The notes under the pieces: model-generated
Told to the model about the DNA's origin: nothing
Database searches by the model: none
The model's input: only the letters and a program-made list of their open reading frames with translations
NCBI GenBank assembly: GCA_951406725.2
Contig: OX597818.1
Location: 143,282,001 to 143,346,000 of the forward strand
Origin: Octopus vulgaris
Lineage: Eukaryota
Length of the DNA: 64,000 nucleotides
Direction: 5' to 3'
In this document: positions 50,554 through 64,000 of the stretch, in pieces
Numbering within the stretch: the first letter of the stretch is position 1
How the letters are laid out: each line of letters begins with the position of its first letter
Translations under genes and position numbers: made by a program

Positions 50554-50801
50554 ATTTTACAGGCCGAAATATTCCAGTTGTTATGTAATGGTAAGAGTAG
50601 AATGTTGATTCACTGGTTTTGTCAATTACTAAACTAACGTAAATAGTTACCATGCAGTCACAAATAGAGTGTGAAGTGCGAGCACTGTCTCATGTGGCGA
50701 ATATTTTGTCAGCTTACGGAGCTGAAGTAATCACACTGCAACATAGCTTCAAGGAACGCTGTCATCACCGTAACAAAATTGATTTAATATGTCAAAATAT
50801 T

Positions 50802-51115
50802 TGGAGGTGCAATGGCCCAGTGGTTAGGGCAGCGGACTCGCGGTGGGAGGATTGCAGTTTCGATTCCCAGACCGGGCGTTGTGTGTTTATTGAGCGAAAA
50901 CACCTAAAGCTCCACGCGACTCCGGCAGGGGGTGCTGGCGACCCCTGTTGTAGTCTTTCACCTCAACTTTCTCTCACTCTTTCTTCCTGTTTCTTGAGTA
51001 ACGCTGCAATGGACTGGCGTCCCGTCCAGCTGGGGAGAACACATACGCCACAGAAACCGGGAAACCGGGCCCAAGAGTTTGGTTAGGCTTGAAAAGGGCG
51101 CATAAATAAAAAAGA
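50802..51115 (+). mobile_element. tRNA-derived SINE (head X, tail A)
   Basis: Collinear with 10637-10944. Near-TSD ATGT(C/T)AAAATAT. Confidence 0.9.
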
Positions 51116-51243
51116 ATGTTAAAATATATTAGCTCGCATATACACTTTATACATGTGTGTGGGAAGTGTAGCTGCTTGAGCGTATACGTATGTATGTGTG
51201 TTTATACCTGTTATGTTATGTTATGTGTGTGTGTATGTATGTA

Positions 51244-51276
<33 letters not shown>

Positions 51277-51688
51277 TGATTGACAAAACTTAGTAATAAA
51301 TAAGGCTCTCCTTTATAAGCATGAATAAATAACGAAATCATGGAGCACACATACGTACACACACACACACATATATGTATGTATGTACACACACTTGCTC
51401 TTACTCACACTTTCATATAACAGCTTATATATGTGTGTGTATGTGTGTGTGTACGCGTGTGTGAGTGCGTGTATGTATACACGCACACACATATGATGGA
51501 CTCTCCCGTCGAAGACGACGTATGAGCGTTCAGCTATTGACGAATGACTTGCACAAGTGATTTGCTTATAGTGATCAAATGTTCATACCTGCACATTAGC
51601 TCAGTCTCTCCATCACATCGACGTTGTCTGAACTGGTGAACGGTGTACCACGCGTTGAGTGTCCAAGTGATTGCGTAGCAAAGTGAGA

Positions 51689-52750
51689 TGAAGTGTTTTG
51701 CTCAAGAACACAAGGCCTCTCCCGGTAGGAATTGAAACCACGATCTCGAGATCTCGAGGTCGAGACCCTAACCACTCTCTCTCTCTCTCACGCGCGCGCA
51801 CACACACAGAGTAATGAGTATACGAGCGGGTCACTATGAATGAATATGTAAGAATACATATTTGTATCATGTATATCATCCACTTTTATTCAGTGCAAAC
51901 TTGAACAGTGGTCAGCTGACCTCAGCTTAGTTTGTTTTTAAAAAACGTATAACTTAAGGTAATGTTCACACCCAAAATGACTCTACTCCAACGCCTGACC
52001 AAAAGGTTGAACTACAAATAACATGCAACAACAACAACAACAACAACAATAACAACAATTCCTGAATCAATAGTAACTAGAACAATAACAACAATACGAA
52101 AACAAGAACCACAAAATGAATCAAGCCATTTTCCTATGTCTAACATTTTGTGACCAATGAATGACGTCGGGAAGAGTTTCACTTGAGCCCAGAGAGGAAA
52201 GGTCTCACTTAGCAATATGATATGGGAAGGATGCTTGAAGGAAATATGAAATTCTAAGTAGGCCCTTGAAAAGAAAAGATAGACGTGTGGGAGAGGAACA
52301 ATATGAGTGCGAGTAAGTATGAATAGATTGAACATATGTACATCAATGTATGTGTGTTGGTTTTATGTGTCTATTCAGTATTTCTGAAACTTAGTGTGTA
52401 TTTTTAAGAAATATATATATATAAAAAAACATGACTTGCCCTAAGTTATACATTTTTTAATAATAAACTAAGCTGAGGTCAGCTGACCACTGTTCAAGTT
52501 TGCACTGAATAAAAGTGAATGATATACATACATGTATACACACACATGTATTCTTACACATTCATTCATAGTTACCCACTCATATACTCATTACTATGTG
52601 TGTATGTGTGTGTGTGTATGTGTGTGTATGTGTGTGTGTGCATGTGTGTGAGAGAGAGAAAGAGTGGTTAGGATCTCGATCTCGAGATCTCGAGATCATG
52701 GTTTCAATTCCTACCGGTTGGTGCGTTGTGTTCTTGAGCAAAACACTTCA
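51689..52750. repeat. Inverted duplication (51689-51962 / 52436-52750)
   Basis: For example CACTTTTATTCAGTGCAAACTTGAACAGTGGTCAGCTGACCTCAGCTTAGTTT and its reverse complement. The arms include a SINE head and flanking DNA. Confidence 0.92.
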
Positions 52751-53859
52751 GTGCAAGCATAGTGCAAATGTTTTTACTAAACGCGTGCGTGTGTATGTGT
52801 GTGCGTATGAGAGTTCCTCTCTAAATGCTTCTTGGTAGAAGCTCCCTTCTAAAACATATTTCCCTTTTGCATCTGAGTCGCCCAAAAGCTATGTGTAACT
52901 CTATGTAACAAGACGGTGAGTGCAAACCAGTCACTTCATACACCGTTCTTCATATGTTGTTTTTCCAGTAATAACAGTCAAAAGGATTGATGGGAAAAGG
53001 TTTTTACAAAGATATTTTTTGCATACAATTATCAGTCAGACGTTAATATCACATCATTAGTTGGCGTTTGGTGTTTCTCCTTATTGCATGCAGCCTTACT
53101 ATATTCATATCTATATTCATGAAATTTCTACACATGTCGTTGAATTCAACAGGACTCCCCATTTTTGTCCCTTTCCCTAGTTCTATTACTACATCCTTAA
53201 AAAGAAACGAACTTTACTGAGAAAAGCAAGAAAACTGAATCTTATGATTATTTCTCCCCTCCCTGCATCACAGACCATATTCTCTACTTCAGCCATTCAC
53301 GGTATTGTTTACAATTCTTCTCTAAGTCACGACTCGTTTAGCTTCTATTCTTATTTCAACTTGTTTTCCAATGATACGTTCTCTATCCATACTCGGCCGA
53401 ACTCTACTTCCTTCACACTTGAACATCATTGAAAGACCCTCTTTCTAACCCTCTTTCAAGACCATATACCATCTTTATTGTTCCCCTGTCTCATCTAATA
53501 TTCAGCTTTTATATGGCCTAAATTGAAAGCATTCACCTCAACTCTTCTCTCGAGGATATTTTCAATAACTTACTGACGTCAATAAACGATTATTAGAATG
53601 TGAATGACCACCACGACAGAGCATTGAATAAAAAAGTAAGAAAACAACGAATCGTATCCTGAAACCGATGCTGTATGTGCAAAGGTAAATCAACTAAGTT
53701 CTTTAGTGACAGGTCAATCCTGATCGAGCAGTCTTATGGTTAAAGACGTTTACCGGTGACTGTTTATCTAGGACTACATTATCCAGTGAGTTCTATTTTT
53801 TGGAAGTAGTTGTTCTCAAATCTCAAGCAAACCCTGATCTGGTAGGCAAGTGTATCCTT

Positions 53860-54270
53860 GTATTTTACTTGTTTGAGCATCTGGACTGCGACCTGACTGG
53901 AGCCACTCTTGTAGGGTCAAGTAGAATAGATCAACCCCAGTACTTATTTTTAAACTTGGTATTTGTTCTATCGGTTTCTTTTATCGAACCACTATATTTA
54001 CATTGACGTAAACAAACCAACAGCAGTTGTCAAACAAATGCAGCACACACACACACACACTAAGCACGGACACGCACATACATACATACACACACACACA
54101 AACACATATATATATACGACGAGCTTCTTCTAGTTTTCTTCTACCAAATCCACTCACAAGGTTTTGATCGGCCCGGGTTTATAGTAGGTAACACTTTGCC
54201 CAAGGTCCCGCATAGTGGGATCGAATACAAAGTCATATGGTTGGGTAGCAAGCTTCGTAACAACACAAAA
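53860..54270 (-). mobile_element. SINE family 1 (old copy)
   Basis: Diverged but collinear. Confidence 0.78.
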
Positions 54271-54406
54271 TAATCTACACCTGTTATTCAGTTGTGTACA
54301 TTATTCAGTGTGTACCTTTTAAAGATAGTAGTGTGCAATTTGAAGACGATTTGATTGTCATTTCTAGCAGGTCGATCGACCTCTTAGAATAAACATACAT
54401 TGTTAT

Positions 54407-54440
<34 letters not shown>

Positions 54441-54989
54441 AAGCTGTCTATATACATTCACACACACATATAGGTATGGAAAATGTGGAACGAAGCACTA
54501 GCCATCACATTCTAAGACTCTTCACGACTGATGAGTTTGTGTGACTGAAGATAAACTTTAATATCTCCTGCTCAATATCTGTAGGAAAATATAAGTGAAG
54601 AATTAGAAACAAGTCTTTGTAGAAATTTGAAGAAATTCTGCTAAAGACACTCAAGGACAGGCATTGGCACTCAGGACGCAAATATGCTTGACATTTCGTC
54701 TGATTCTCTACAAAGTTTTGCCAACCACTAGTCTTGCTTTACGATACTATTAAAATGGAAAACTATCGCTTATGTCTCACTCAATGAAGATCGAAATACG
54801 ACATTGAATCCCCACTCAAACTAATCTAACCTAACGCTTAAACAATTACCAGATTCGAAGTGGTGGTTTTTGTTGACTAAAATTCTGATAAGTTCGTGTG
54901 GCGATGGAAAACGAGAGTACTGCATTTTTTAAAATAGAATATTTCTTAGGTGAGAAAGGAATTTAATGTTTATGATAATATTGGTTTCA

Positions 54990-55693
54990 GGCGAGGGATA
55001 ACTTACATTTATCCCAGTGTACAACTTATACTTATTTTATCGACCCCGAAAGGATGAAAGTCGATCTCGGCGTAATTTGAAGAAATGTCGTTAAGTATTT
55101 TATCCAGCGCGGTTTTTATGATAATAAGTATAAAAGTTTGAACAATGTTTCTATCACCAGATGCCCTTAAAATTCCATCCTTATTGGAACCCTCTTTTTT
55201 ATGCTCAATGAAGCGTATTGCTTCGTTGTTAGGGTGTTCCCTTATGATCTTAAAATCGTGGGTTTAATTGCTGAACCAAGCGGCACATTGTGTCCTCGAG
55301 ACAGGCATTCCATTTCTTATCGTTTATTCAACTCAGCGTTCATCCGAAAGGATGTGAATGCCACCTCGGTGGCATTCAAACTCAGAACATAAAGTCAGAA
55401 GAAATGCTACTAAGCATACAAAAGTCCGGCGCGTTAACGATTCTGCCAGCTCACCGCCTTATAATGTAATAAATTATTGATTTTAAATTTTGGTACAAGG
55501 TCAGAATTTCGGCGGACGAGGGTAAATCGATTACATCGACCTCAGTTTTCAACTGGTTCTTGATTTTATCGACCCCGAAAGGATGAAAGGCAAAGTCGAC
55601 CTCGGCGGAATTTGAACTCAGAACACGAAGACAGACGAAATGCTACTAAGCATTTCGATCGGCGTACGAACGTTTCTGCCAGCTCACTGCCTT
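54990..55693 (-). mobile_element. Cluster of SINE family 2 copies and fragments
   Basis: Core motif at about 55040, 55345 and 55570. Confidence 0.82.
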
Positions 55694-56227
55694 ATAATAT
55701 AGTATAATATAATATAATATAATATAATATAATATAATATAATATAATATAATATAATATTAGCAGTTATATGCACTAATTTGTAAAACAACAAGTTCAC
55801 TGAAGCGTGTGGAGAAATATATTGGGAGCTAAACTCTTTTAATAGCTAATTTGACAGAATGTGATGGCTGGCATTCTGTTGTGCAATCAGTGATACTGTT
55901 ATCCGGTAAGGAATTGCTATATGAATTTGAATCAAGGAATATTCGATTCAAATATCCCTTGATATTTGAATCAAGCCTCGATGAATGAAAGGCAAAGTCC
56001 ACTTCAGCGAGATTTGAACTCAAAACGTAAAAGAGTGGAACTAAATACAACAAAGTATTTTGTCTGATGCTCAACCGATTTTGCTACTTCGGCCTTTCTT
56101 GTAAAACAAATAAAAAATGCAAATACTTAACGAGCAGATAAAGTATGTATGTATGTATGTATGTATGTATGTATGTATGTATGTATGTATGTATGTATGT
56201 ATGTATGTATGTATGTATGCATGTATG

Positions 56228-56262
<35 letters not shown>

Positions 56263-56305
56263 TCGTGCGTGTGTGTGTATAAATGAACATAGATATACAT
56301 ATACA

Positions 56306-57529
56306 TACGAGAGATGTAAAAGCTGTGAAATTTTGCATGCGTTGATTTCAGCTCTCCTTATTGATAGCCTCATTGTTTCTTTCCAGATAAACTGACATCT
56401 GACTATTCAAGGAAAACTTCAAAAGTAACTAGTGGCGACTTCTCTAGAATGTAGACAAAAGTTGGCATCGTGGTGTTTTTAAGTATCTGCAGAAAAGGGG
56501 TTTAGCCCCCCCCCCCCAGGACGTTCATGCTGACATAGTTGCTACAATAGGGGATGACACTCCAGCTTCATTAACAGTGCAAAGTGGGCAGTTGAATTTA
56601 GGAGAGGAAGGGAGAGTCTTGAAGATGATCCAAAGTCTGGACGTCCTGCAACTGTCACAACTGAGGAAAAAGATGATCGAGCTCACCACATGGTGATGGA
56701 TGACAAGCGATTGACTATAAATCAAATAGCCTATGCTATTAGTATATCCTGAGAATATTCTGCCCAATGAACATGGTATGATGAAGGATTTTGTTCGGTA
56801 GGTGCGATGTCTTCTGACACCTGATCAAATACGCACCACGCTGATCACATCACGAGGAAATCTGATATTGTTTGAGGCAGATCCAACAGGTTTTCTTGAT
56901 AGTTTTCTAAGCCAGGATGAGTGTTGGGTTCATCACTTTGAATCAGAGACAAAGAGACGGTCCATGCATTGGAAGCACCCCTCCTCACCTGCTCCAAAGA
57001 AGACCGAGGTAATTTCATCTAATGGGTAGATGGCCTCAGTTTCTAGGGATGTAAAAGGCATTGTGTTTACTATCTTCCAAGAGGCCATACATCAATGGAA
57101 CGTATTATGCCAACTTGTTGAAGCATATAGGAAAGGCTACCAAGACCAAACACCCAGGAAAACTGACGATAGGGGTCTTGTTTCATCAGGAGAATACTCC
57201 AACACACAAGTCGTTTTCAATGGCTGCCTTGTTTGATTGTGGCTTTGAACTGGTTGATCAACCTCTCTATTCTCCTGATTTAGCCCCATCTGACTATCAC
57301 CTGTTCCCCAACATGTAAAAAACACATTTGGCTGGGAACTAGTACAGCAGTGATGATGACGCCATATCTGCTGTTGCTGCCAGTTACTTTTGAAGTTAGA
57401 TGTCAGTTTTCCTAGAAAGAAACAATGAAGTTATTAATAAGATGAATTGAAATTAATGCATGCAAGAATTCACAATTCTAACATCACTCCTTCCTACTCA
57501 GCCTATGAACATTTCAGCCTACCATCGTA
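56306..57529 (+). mobile_element. Mariner transposon, decayed, with long inverted ends
   Basis: KWAVEFRRGRESLEDDPKSGRP, QDECWVHHFESETKRRSMHW, LFHQENTPTH and YSPDLAPSDYHLFP. 57378-57529 is an inverted copy of the 5' end and finishes in TA. Confidence 0.92.
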
Positions 57530-57600
57530 CGTACGAACATTCACACACACACACACACACATACACACACACACACGCACACACACACGCACACACACAC

Positions 57601-57652
<52 letters not shown>

Positions 57653-58194
57653 GCACACACACGCACGCACACACATGCACACACACACAAACACACGTGT
57701 ATATGTACATATATATGTGTAAGTGTGTGTGTATACGTACGTAATACACACATACTTTTGCGCGTAAGTGTGTGTGCGCATGCAAAATACAATCCACCAT
57801 CAGCTAACGAAGTTTAGACATTTTACACAAGCACATACTTTTGTAGACATAAAGAAATCTGATACCGTAGCCCTTTGATTATCATTAATTAGAGTCAAGA
57901 TTTCCGTGTCTGAACTCTTTATCAACTTTAGCTGAGGGAACTAGGCCAGTCTCATGATACGATATGTAAAATAACACAAAAACAAACTGTCTCTCAATAA
58001 AAACCATCTGCTGGAATAAATGAATTATAGTAATGTTGTGTACAACCCTGACACCGCCTTTCACTCCCTCCCCCCCTTCTCTCATATATGATATTTCATA
58101 AAATTAGATAACTTATGCACCCAATCCTTTCAGTTATTTATGGTATTTTCATCTTATTTTCTTTATTTTCATTACTTTATTAATGTTGTTGTTC

Positions 58195-59010
58195 AGGCAG
58201 TAAGCGGGCAGAATCGTCGGCGCACCGGGTAAAATGCTTAGCGGCATTTCATCTGTCTTTAGATTTTGAGTTCAAATTCCGTCGATGTCGACTTTGCCTT
58301 TTATTCCTTTCAAGGTGGATAAAATAAATATCCTTTTCTACTTTAGGCACAAGGCCCTAAATTTTTGGGGAAAGGGCCAGTCGATTAGATCGATCCCAGT
58401 ACGTAACTGGTACTTAATTTATCGACCCCGAAAGGATGAAAGGCAAAGTCGACCTCGGCGGAAATTGAACTCAGAACGCAGCGGCAGACGAAATACCTAT
58501 TTCTTTACTACCCACAACGGGCTAAACACAGAGAGGACAAACAAGGGCAGACAAACCGATTAAGTCGATTATATCGACCCCAGTGCGTAACTGGTACTTA
58601 ATTTATCGACCCCGAAAGGATGAAAGGCAAAGTCGACCTCGGCGGAATTTGAACTCAGAACGCAGCGGCAGACGAAATACCTATTTCTTTACTACCCACA
58701 ACGGGCTAAACACAGAGAGGACAAACAGGGGCAGACAAACCGATTAAGTCGATTATATCGACCCCAGTGCGTAACTGGTACTTAATTTATCGACCCCGAA
58801 AGGATGAAAGGCAAAGTCGACCTCGGCGGAATTTTGAACTTAGAACGTAACGGCAGACGAAATATGGCTAAGCATTTCGCCCGGCGTGCTAACGTTTCTG
58901 CCTGCTCGCCGCCTTATAAAATAAATATCAAGCGAGCACTGAGGTCGATGTAATCGACTAGCTTGCTCTACCAAAATTTCAGGGCTTGTGATTATAGTAG
59001 AAAGGAATAT
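58195..59010. mobile_element. Nested SINE family 2: minus-strand three-core concatemer (58333-58915) inside an older plus-strand copy
   Basis: 14-bp TSD ATAAAATAAATATC (58319-58332, 58916-58929) and near-identical ~180-bp units. Confidence 0.9.
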
Positions 59011-60789
59011 TGCTTTTGTTGATGTAGTAGGTTCGAGTAAGAGGTCTGCAAAGAGGATGTTTTTTTTTTAGGCAGATTAATTACCTTATGGAAAACTAAA
59101 AGTTGTTTTCTTCCAGGAAGACTTTCCGTTAGCAAAACTAGAGCTTGGGCAAGCTTATCCCATTACCTGGCTTAGAATTAGAGATTTAATTTAAGACATT
59201 TTAACTGTCTCAATGTCTTTGCCAATTAGCAATTTACAATATGTACATATGGTTGCAGACTGGAAGCTTGAGAAGTAGCAGGAAAAAGGTGCCTCCACAG
59301 AGGTTGGTAACAGTAACGCAATGACACACGCCTCCGAATTATTTTCAAAAGAAAAAGAATAAAAAATGTACAAAAAATAAAAAACGACAACGAAGAATAA
59401 AAATATGCAGATAAAGCACCGAGCTTAGACACGTTACACTTGTAGAATAGGGTGGGACACAAAAAGATTAGAGCTGGAGCCATTCGTTTTAACGGAAAGA
59501 CACTGCGATCAGTAACGACATCAACAACATTCTATCTTTTGCAAATGTCGCGGGTAAAAAGGAGCGACTTGACATGAAGCAGCTTAAGGAAAGGGACTGG
59601 AAAAATATGTCGCAATAGCGTCTCCTTGAGTGGCAAATTTATCCAAGAAAGGACAAGGAGGTGTCTGTTTACATAAGTCTGTTTACAAAAAACTGAAGGG
59701 AACTTCAAGATGCCCTGGAAAGAGGAGCTGGAGTAAGGTCTGACCGATGTGTGGTATGTTGTTTCAGTAATATGAAGACCGGGTAAGAAAGCAACAGTTT
59801 TCTGGAAATGTGTGTAGGGTTAAGGGGTTTGGCATTCGTTTAGGATGGGAATGTGTTCTGTTGTACCATACATGTAGCGGTTTTTCCGGATGGAGATGCT
59901 GGGCAGATGTTCGAACACCTAATCGTATGTTAGGTTGCATAAGTGCCGACTCGTTCGTTGTATATGCCTTGATTAAACCCTTCGTGTAGGTGTACTACAT
60001 GTTTGGGGGTTTATTTTGGTGGGGAAAGGCGGTGTTAGGCGGATGTCTGAACGCTAAGGCCCATACTAAGGCACATATGTGTTCGTTTTTGTATGATTTG
60101 GTTAAACTCATTGCCGAGTTCTAAAGTTTTGGTGGTGAAAGATCCGAAGGGGGAGAACTGCTACTTACAGTCATGATGGAACCCGCAGGTACGGTAAAAT
60201 ATATTTTCTTTCACCTGGGCAAGTTCTAAAAATTTCCTTTCTGCAGTTTAGATAGATGTCTGGGTGCTGATAGTGTATAATATCATTCAACTAAGGCCGC
60301 AATTTACTCACATGCAGCATCTTTCAGAGCTTGTTGTTAATTCAGTTCTTAATCAAATTGAAAACTGTTAACATTTGTGAAGAGGACTGCTCCCTAGCTA
60401 CATTTTGGCATAATAAAATTGAGATTTTATCTAATAGAAAAAAGTTACCTCAAAATTTGTAGCAACGTTATAGGAGAGTAAGTAACGCTACCATTCAAGT
60501 TTAGATCTAAATAACTTTTTTTTATTTTAAAAGCAAAATATATTTATCTTGGCTTCAATGATAGAAGAAAGCATGAAGAATTTCATAGTTTTGTTCTCAT
60601 GCAACAGAAATTTGTATTAAAAAAGTTGTGTGGTAAAATATCATGAAAAAGAAACCAAGGCAAAAAATTGGATTTAAGTATAATTAACTTTTTTATTTTA
60701 AAAACAAACTATATTTTAATAAAGCTTAAATGACAGAGCTCAATTCAAGGCATGGTATCAATCTTATACAATGGAGTTTTAAAAGAAAC

Positions 60790-62562
60790 AGTCGAGTTAG
60801 ATAGGACACGTAGACGGACCCGGTTACTGGATGTTAAACGCGTCCTTTCCCACTCGCAAAGGCTGCAGGGACCGGATTAGTGAACTAGTTAAGCGGCAGT
60901 TGACGGGGCAATCGTCAAGAACCGGTGGTGGGCCGCCCTGAAGAAGGGCGATCAGAGCAGAATCGATAGCATTTAGCAAAGAGTTAGCAATAGAAGAATA
61001 GATTAGAGAGTGAACTAGTTAGCAAATTAGAAGAGGCGATTAAAAATGATCATCTCTTCGAAGCGAAACACGAAGGTTACGTTATGAGAGCTAAGGCCCG
61101 TGCGCTCAAACAGGAAGGAACTAAAGCTGTTTAATGGGCTCGAACAGTGGAAACGCGACGTGGAAACAAAACCACGATCAGGTCTTTGACGGATCGGAAT
61201 GGGCGCATGCTACGTGACTCCGAGCAGATGTTTGCGGCTTTTCAGCAGCACTTCCCGCAGCTGTTTGCAGAGGGCGATGGGTCAACGATGGTAGTGGAAC
61301 TTAGCTCGTACCTGGGCGGCTTGCCGCAGCTAGCGGTAGCTGACGCGAGGTTATGTGAAAGGCCGATCATAGCTGCTGAAATTTGGGAGGCGATGAGCGA
61401 TTGCACAAGTCGCAGATCACCCGGTTCGGATGGTCTTCCTTACGACTTCTATGTATTCATGCCAAATTTGTTTGGCGACCTCTTGGCAGATGTCTACTGC
61501 AACTGGCAACAGAACGGGAGAATTCCTTGTGGTGTTAGCAGAGGTGTGGTGACACTGTTGAGGAACGACGCCGACAATGGGTACGTAATAGAGAATTTTC
61601 AGCCCATAACTCTTCTAAACAAGTTTAAGATTTTGGCCACGATGTTAACGGAAAGGTTGGCGCTCGTCGTTTGTAGCCTGGTCGGAGAAGCTCAAATGTG
61701 CACAATCCCAAGTTGGTCTATCCACGACAACCTTCACCTTATGCGATACATCATAGAGAGGGCTGGGACTACAGCGGGCTTCAGGGGTGCTCTGATCAAT
61801 TTCGATTAATCAAAAGCATTGGATAGGGTCGACCATTGCTACTTCGAAGCCTGCCTGAAAGTAGGCGGCTTCGCACCCGTTTTCAGAGATTGGGTCGCTG
61901 CAATGCACAGCGGAATCTGTTCAGTGGTCAAAGTAAGCGGTCACCTATCGGAGCTGTTTGGCATCGCACGCTCGGTCCGTCAGAGCTGCCCGCTGTCACC
62001 TCTTCCATACGTAATGGCACTCGAGCCACTGTTGCGGAAGCTTGAACAGCTAAGGGACATCTCTTTCTAACTGGGACGAGGAAGGGCAGTACCAGCATAC
62101 GTGGACGACGTCACTGCGATGATATTGGACGCCTCCGAAGTGGAGACAGTCGGCATCATCCTAAAGGAATGAGTCGGTTGCAGGGATAAAATCCGCCGAC
62201 AAATCGGTTGGTTTGCGGTTGGGCTCCTGCAGAGGCAGGACGATGCCATCGGACGGCGTCGTCGGATACTGGACTGACGGATCAGTTAAAGTGTTCGGGG
62301 TCTGGTTTGGCCCCAAACTCCAGGTTGATAAGAACTGGAATGAGGTGGCGAACAGGGTGGCCAGTGTTACCCAGAAATGGGCTGAAAGAAAGCTGTCCCT
62401 GAAAGGTCGGGCAGAGGTGGCGAATCCTCACATCGCTTCCCTTATCATGTATCACCTGAACGTCGTACCTTGTCCCGGTTACTGCTTCATCAGGTTGGAG
62501 CGTCTCTGATTTAAATTCTTGTGGAAGGGATGGATTCCAATGGTCAGGCAGTCACTGTCAGT
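60790..62562 (+). mobile_element. Tx1/L1-clade LINE ORF2 reverse transcriptase, decayed
   Basis: SPGSDGLPYDFY, NFQPITLLN..KILA, IHDNLHLMR, NFD*SKALDRVDH, VRQSCPLSP, AYVDDV and W..RKLSLKGRA. Confidence 0.92.
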
Positions 62563-62633
<71 letters not shown>

Positions 62634-62634
62634 G

Positions 62635-63170
62635 AGTGAGAGAGCAGTACATACCAGCAAAGTGACACTGGGGTACAAAATATACGAAACCCACTATACC
62701 CATCATGACTACCCGTTTGATGAGGGTACACCAGGCACATGCATCACAACCATATATGCGCAACATGGTGATCTCATATCAAGATAAACAGCGCATGACC
62801 TTGCAGGTGGGGCCCAGTTAGAATTTCCTTCAAGTCGAGTGAGTAGCAAAATGCTGTTTAAGAATGTTGAACAAAACACCCATGTTTCCAGAAGAGAATT
62901 ATTCAAACCCCAAAGAATTCTTCTCAAAACATGGCTACGATGCCCTCCCCCACTACTTCTCGTGATCAGAGATGCACTTATTGTCAGCCACTAAGGGACA
63001 TGCTCAAATGGTTAAGTTCAAACAACTGACAAGCAAATCTGTGGTATTGAGCAGAATATTTGCTGTAGCCCGTGTTTTATACCGAGACAAAACAATGTAC
63101 ATGATAACACTTCCAATCAGTTAAGATCAGAATCCATGAGAACCAATGCCTGGTATTGCATCAGGTCAGT
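62635..63170 (-). mobile_element. (TAA)n-abutting repeat with no recognisable coding capacity, copy 2 (longer)
   Basis: Homologous to 47515-47900 and follows (TTA)n at 62563-62633. Confidence 0.75.
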
Positions 63171-64000
63171 TATTATTTTATGCATGCATGCATCCATCCT
63201 TGCATCCATCCATGCGTCCATCCATCCATTTATCCATGCATGCATGCACGCATCTATCCATCCATCCATCCATCCATACATATATACATACATACTTACA
63301 TACATGCGTGCATGCGTGCATACATACACAAATATACTATTGGGTATAGTTGTTAGAGCATGGAAAGCAGAGTTGGAGGTACCTCATGTGCCAAGAGATT
63401 GACGGACGAGTGGGTCAGGGGATGCCTGAATGGTGGGGATACGAGTCCAGCATGTTTTGAGGGGCAAGAACCACTGTTGTAGCGACAGAAAAAAAAAGAC
63501 AGAGAGAAGAGACTTCACACCTGTGGGCCGAAGGGTGCAGTGTTTGATAGCAATGGAGTACCAACAAGCAGAGTGGCCCTTCTCGTAATGCGATCCAAGA
63601 CGTTATTTTGCGCAGCAGCACCGTCTCAGATTTACACGCAGCGATATATCGAGCGTCTCACTTAAGCCTTGTAGAGTGCCAGCGGCTGTTGGGAGCAAAT
63701 AAATTTTCTGGCCCGAAAGAGAGAAACTAATCTATGGGATGCAGTTCTATACTAAAGATATGCATTCATCGGGAGAGATTCTTAATGATAGTGAAACACA
63801 GCATTTGGAGCAATTTTGGGGATTCTAATCGCGTGTCACCCATGTTTAAAGGTGTTGTGGTACGGGAGTGTTTTCTTGGTGTGAGTGGTGCTTGAATTTT
63901 TTGCTGTTAAATGAAACAAGGTTGGTCTGGCCCCACTGGGAGATACTCACATGGTCTCCGTTTTCAAAATCAATGCAAGTTTGGCGTGTGGTGTGTAGGT

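Noticed and set aside
54518-54551. CTGATGAG within a weak hairpin
   Set aside because: No downstream GAAA.
58333-58915. CRISPR-like regular repeats (also 17622-18204 and 36465-36531)
   Set aside because: There are no unique spacers or cas genes; these are SINE concatemers or short tandem repeats in a eukaryotic context.
59760-60290. Possible PLE linker remnant
   Set aside because: Composition resembles 15240-15590, but no diagnostic motif could be read.

Overview
Eukaryotic, AT-rich and saturated with microsatellites and transposons. The SINE families and repeat landscape point to a coleoid cephalopod, probably Octopus (inference). Only one host protein-coding gene is supportable: a noggin-like cystine-knot gene on the minus strand (27446-28198, one coding exon, splice acceptor 22 nt upstream of the ATG). 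It has a 35-aa basic insert between Cys5 and Cys6. The rest is decayed mobile DNA: tRNA-derived SINEs, Penelope-like elements (PLEs), CR1, RTE, R4/Dong and Tx1 LINEs, Tc1, mariner and hAT DNA transposons, and a Helitron fragment. Almost all other ORFs in the track are microsatellite artefacts. The least expected signal is at the RNA level. I read nine minimal type-I hammerhead ribozyme (HHR) motifs. They include a head-to-head dimer of a tRNA-headed HHR-carrying element with a 9-bp TSD (36128-36805), a PLE family whose core reads CUGUNGA, an HHR with a 97-nt stem II, and a degenerate HHR in sense orientation downstream of the noggin-like stop. There are also several long inverted repeats, head/tail-shuffled SINEs, a 115-bp target duplication and a 33-nt templated insertion. 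Everything was read by eye; no searches or folding programs were run, so repeat boundaries are approximate.
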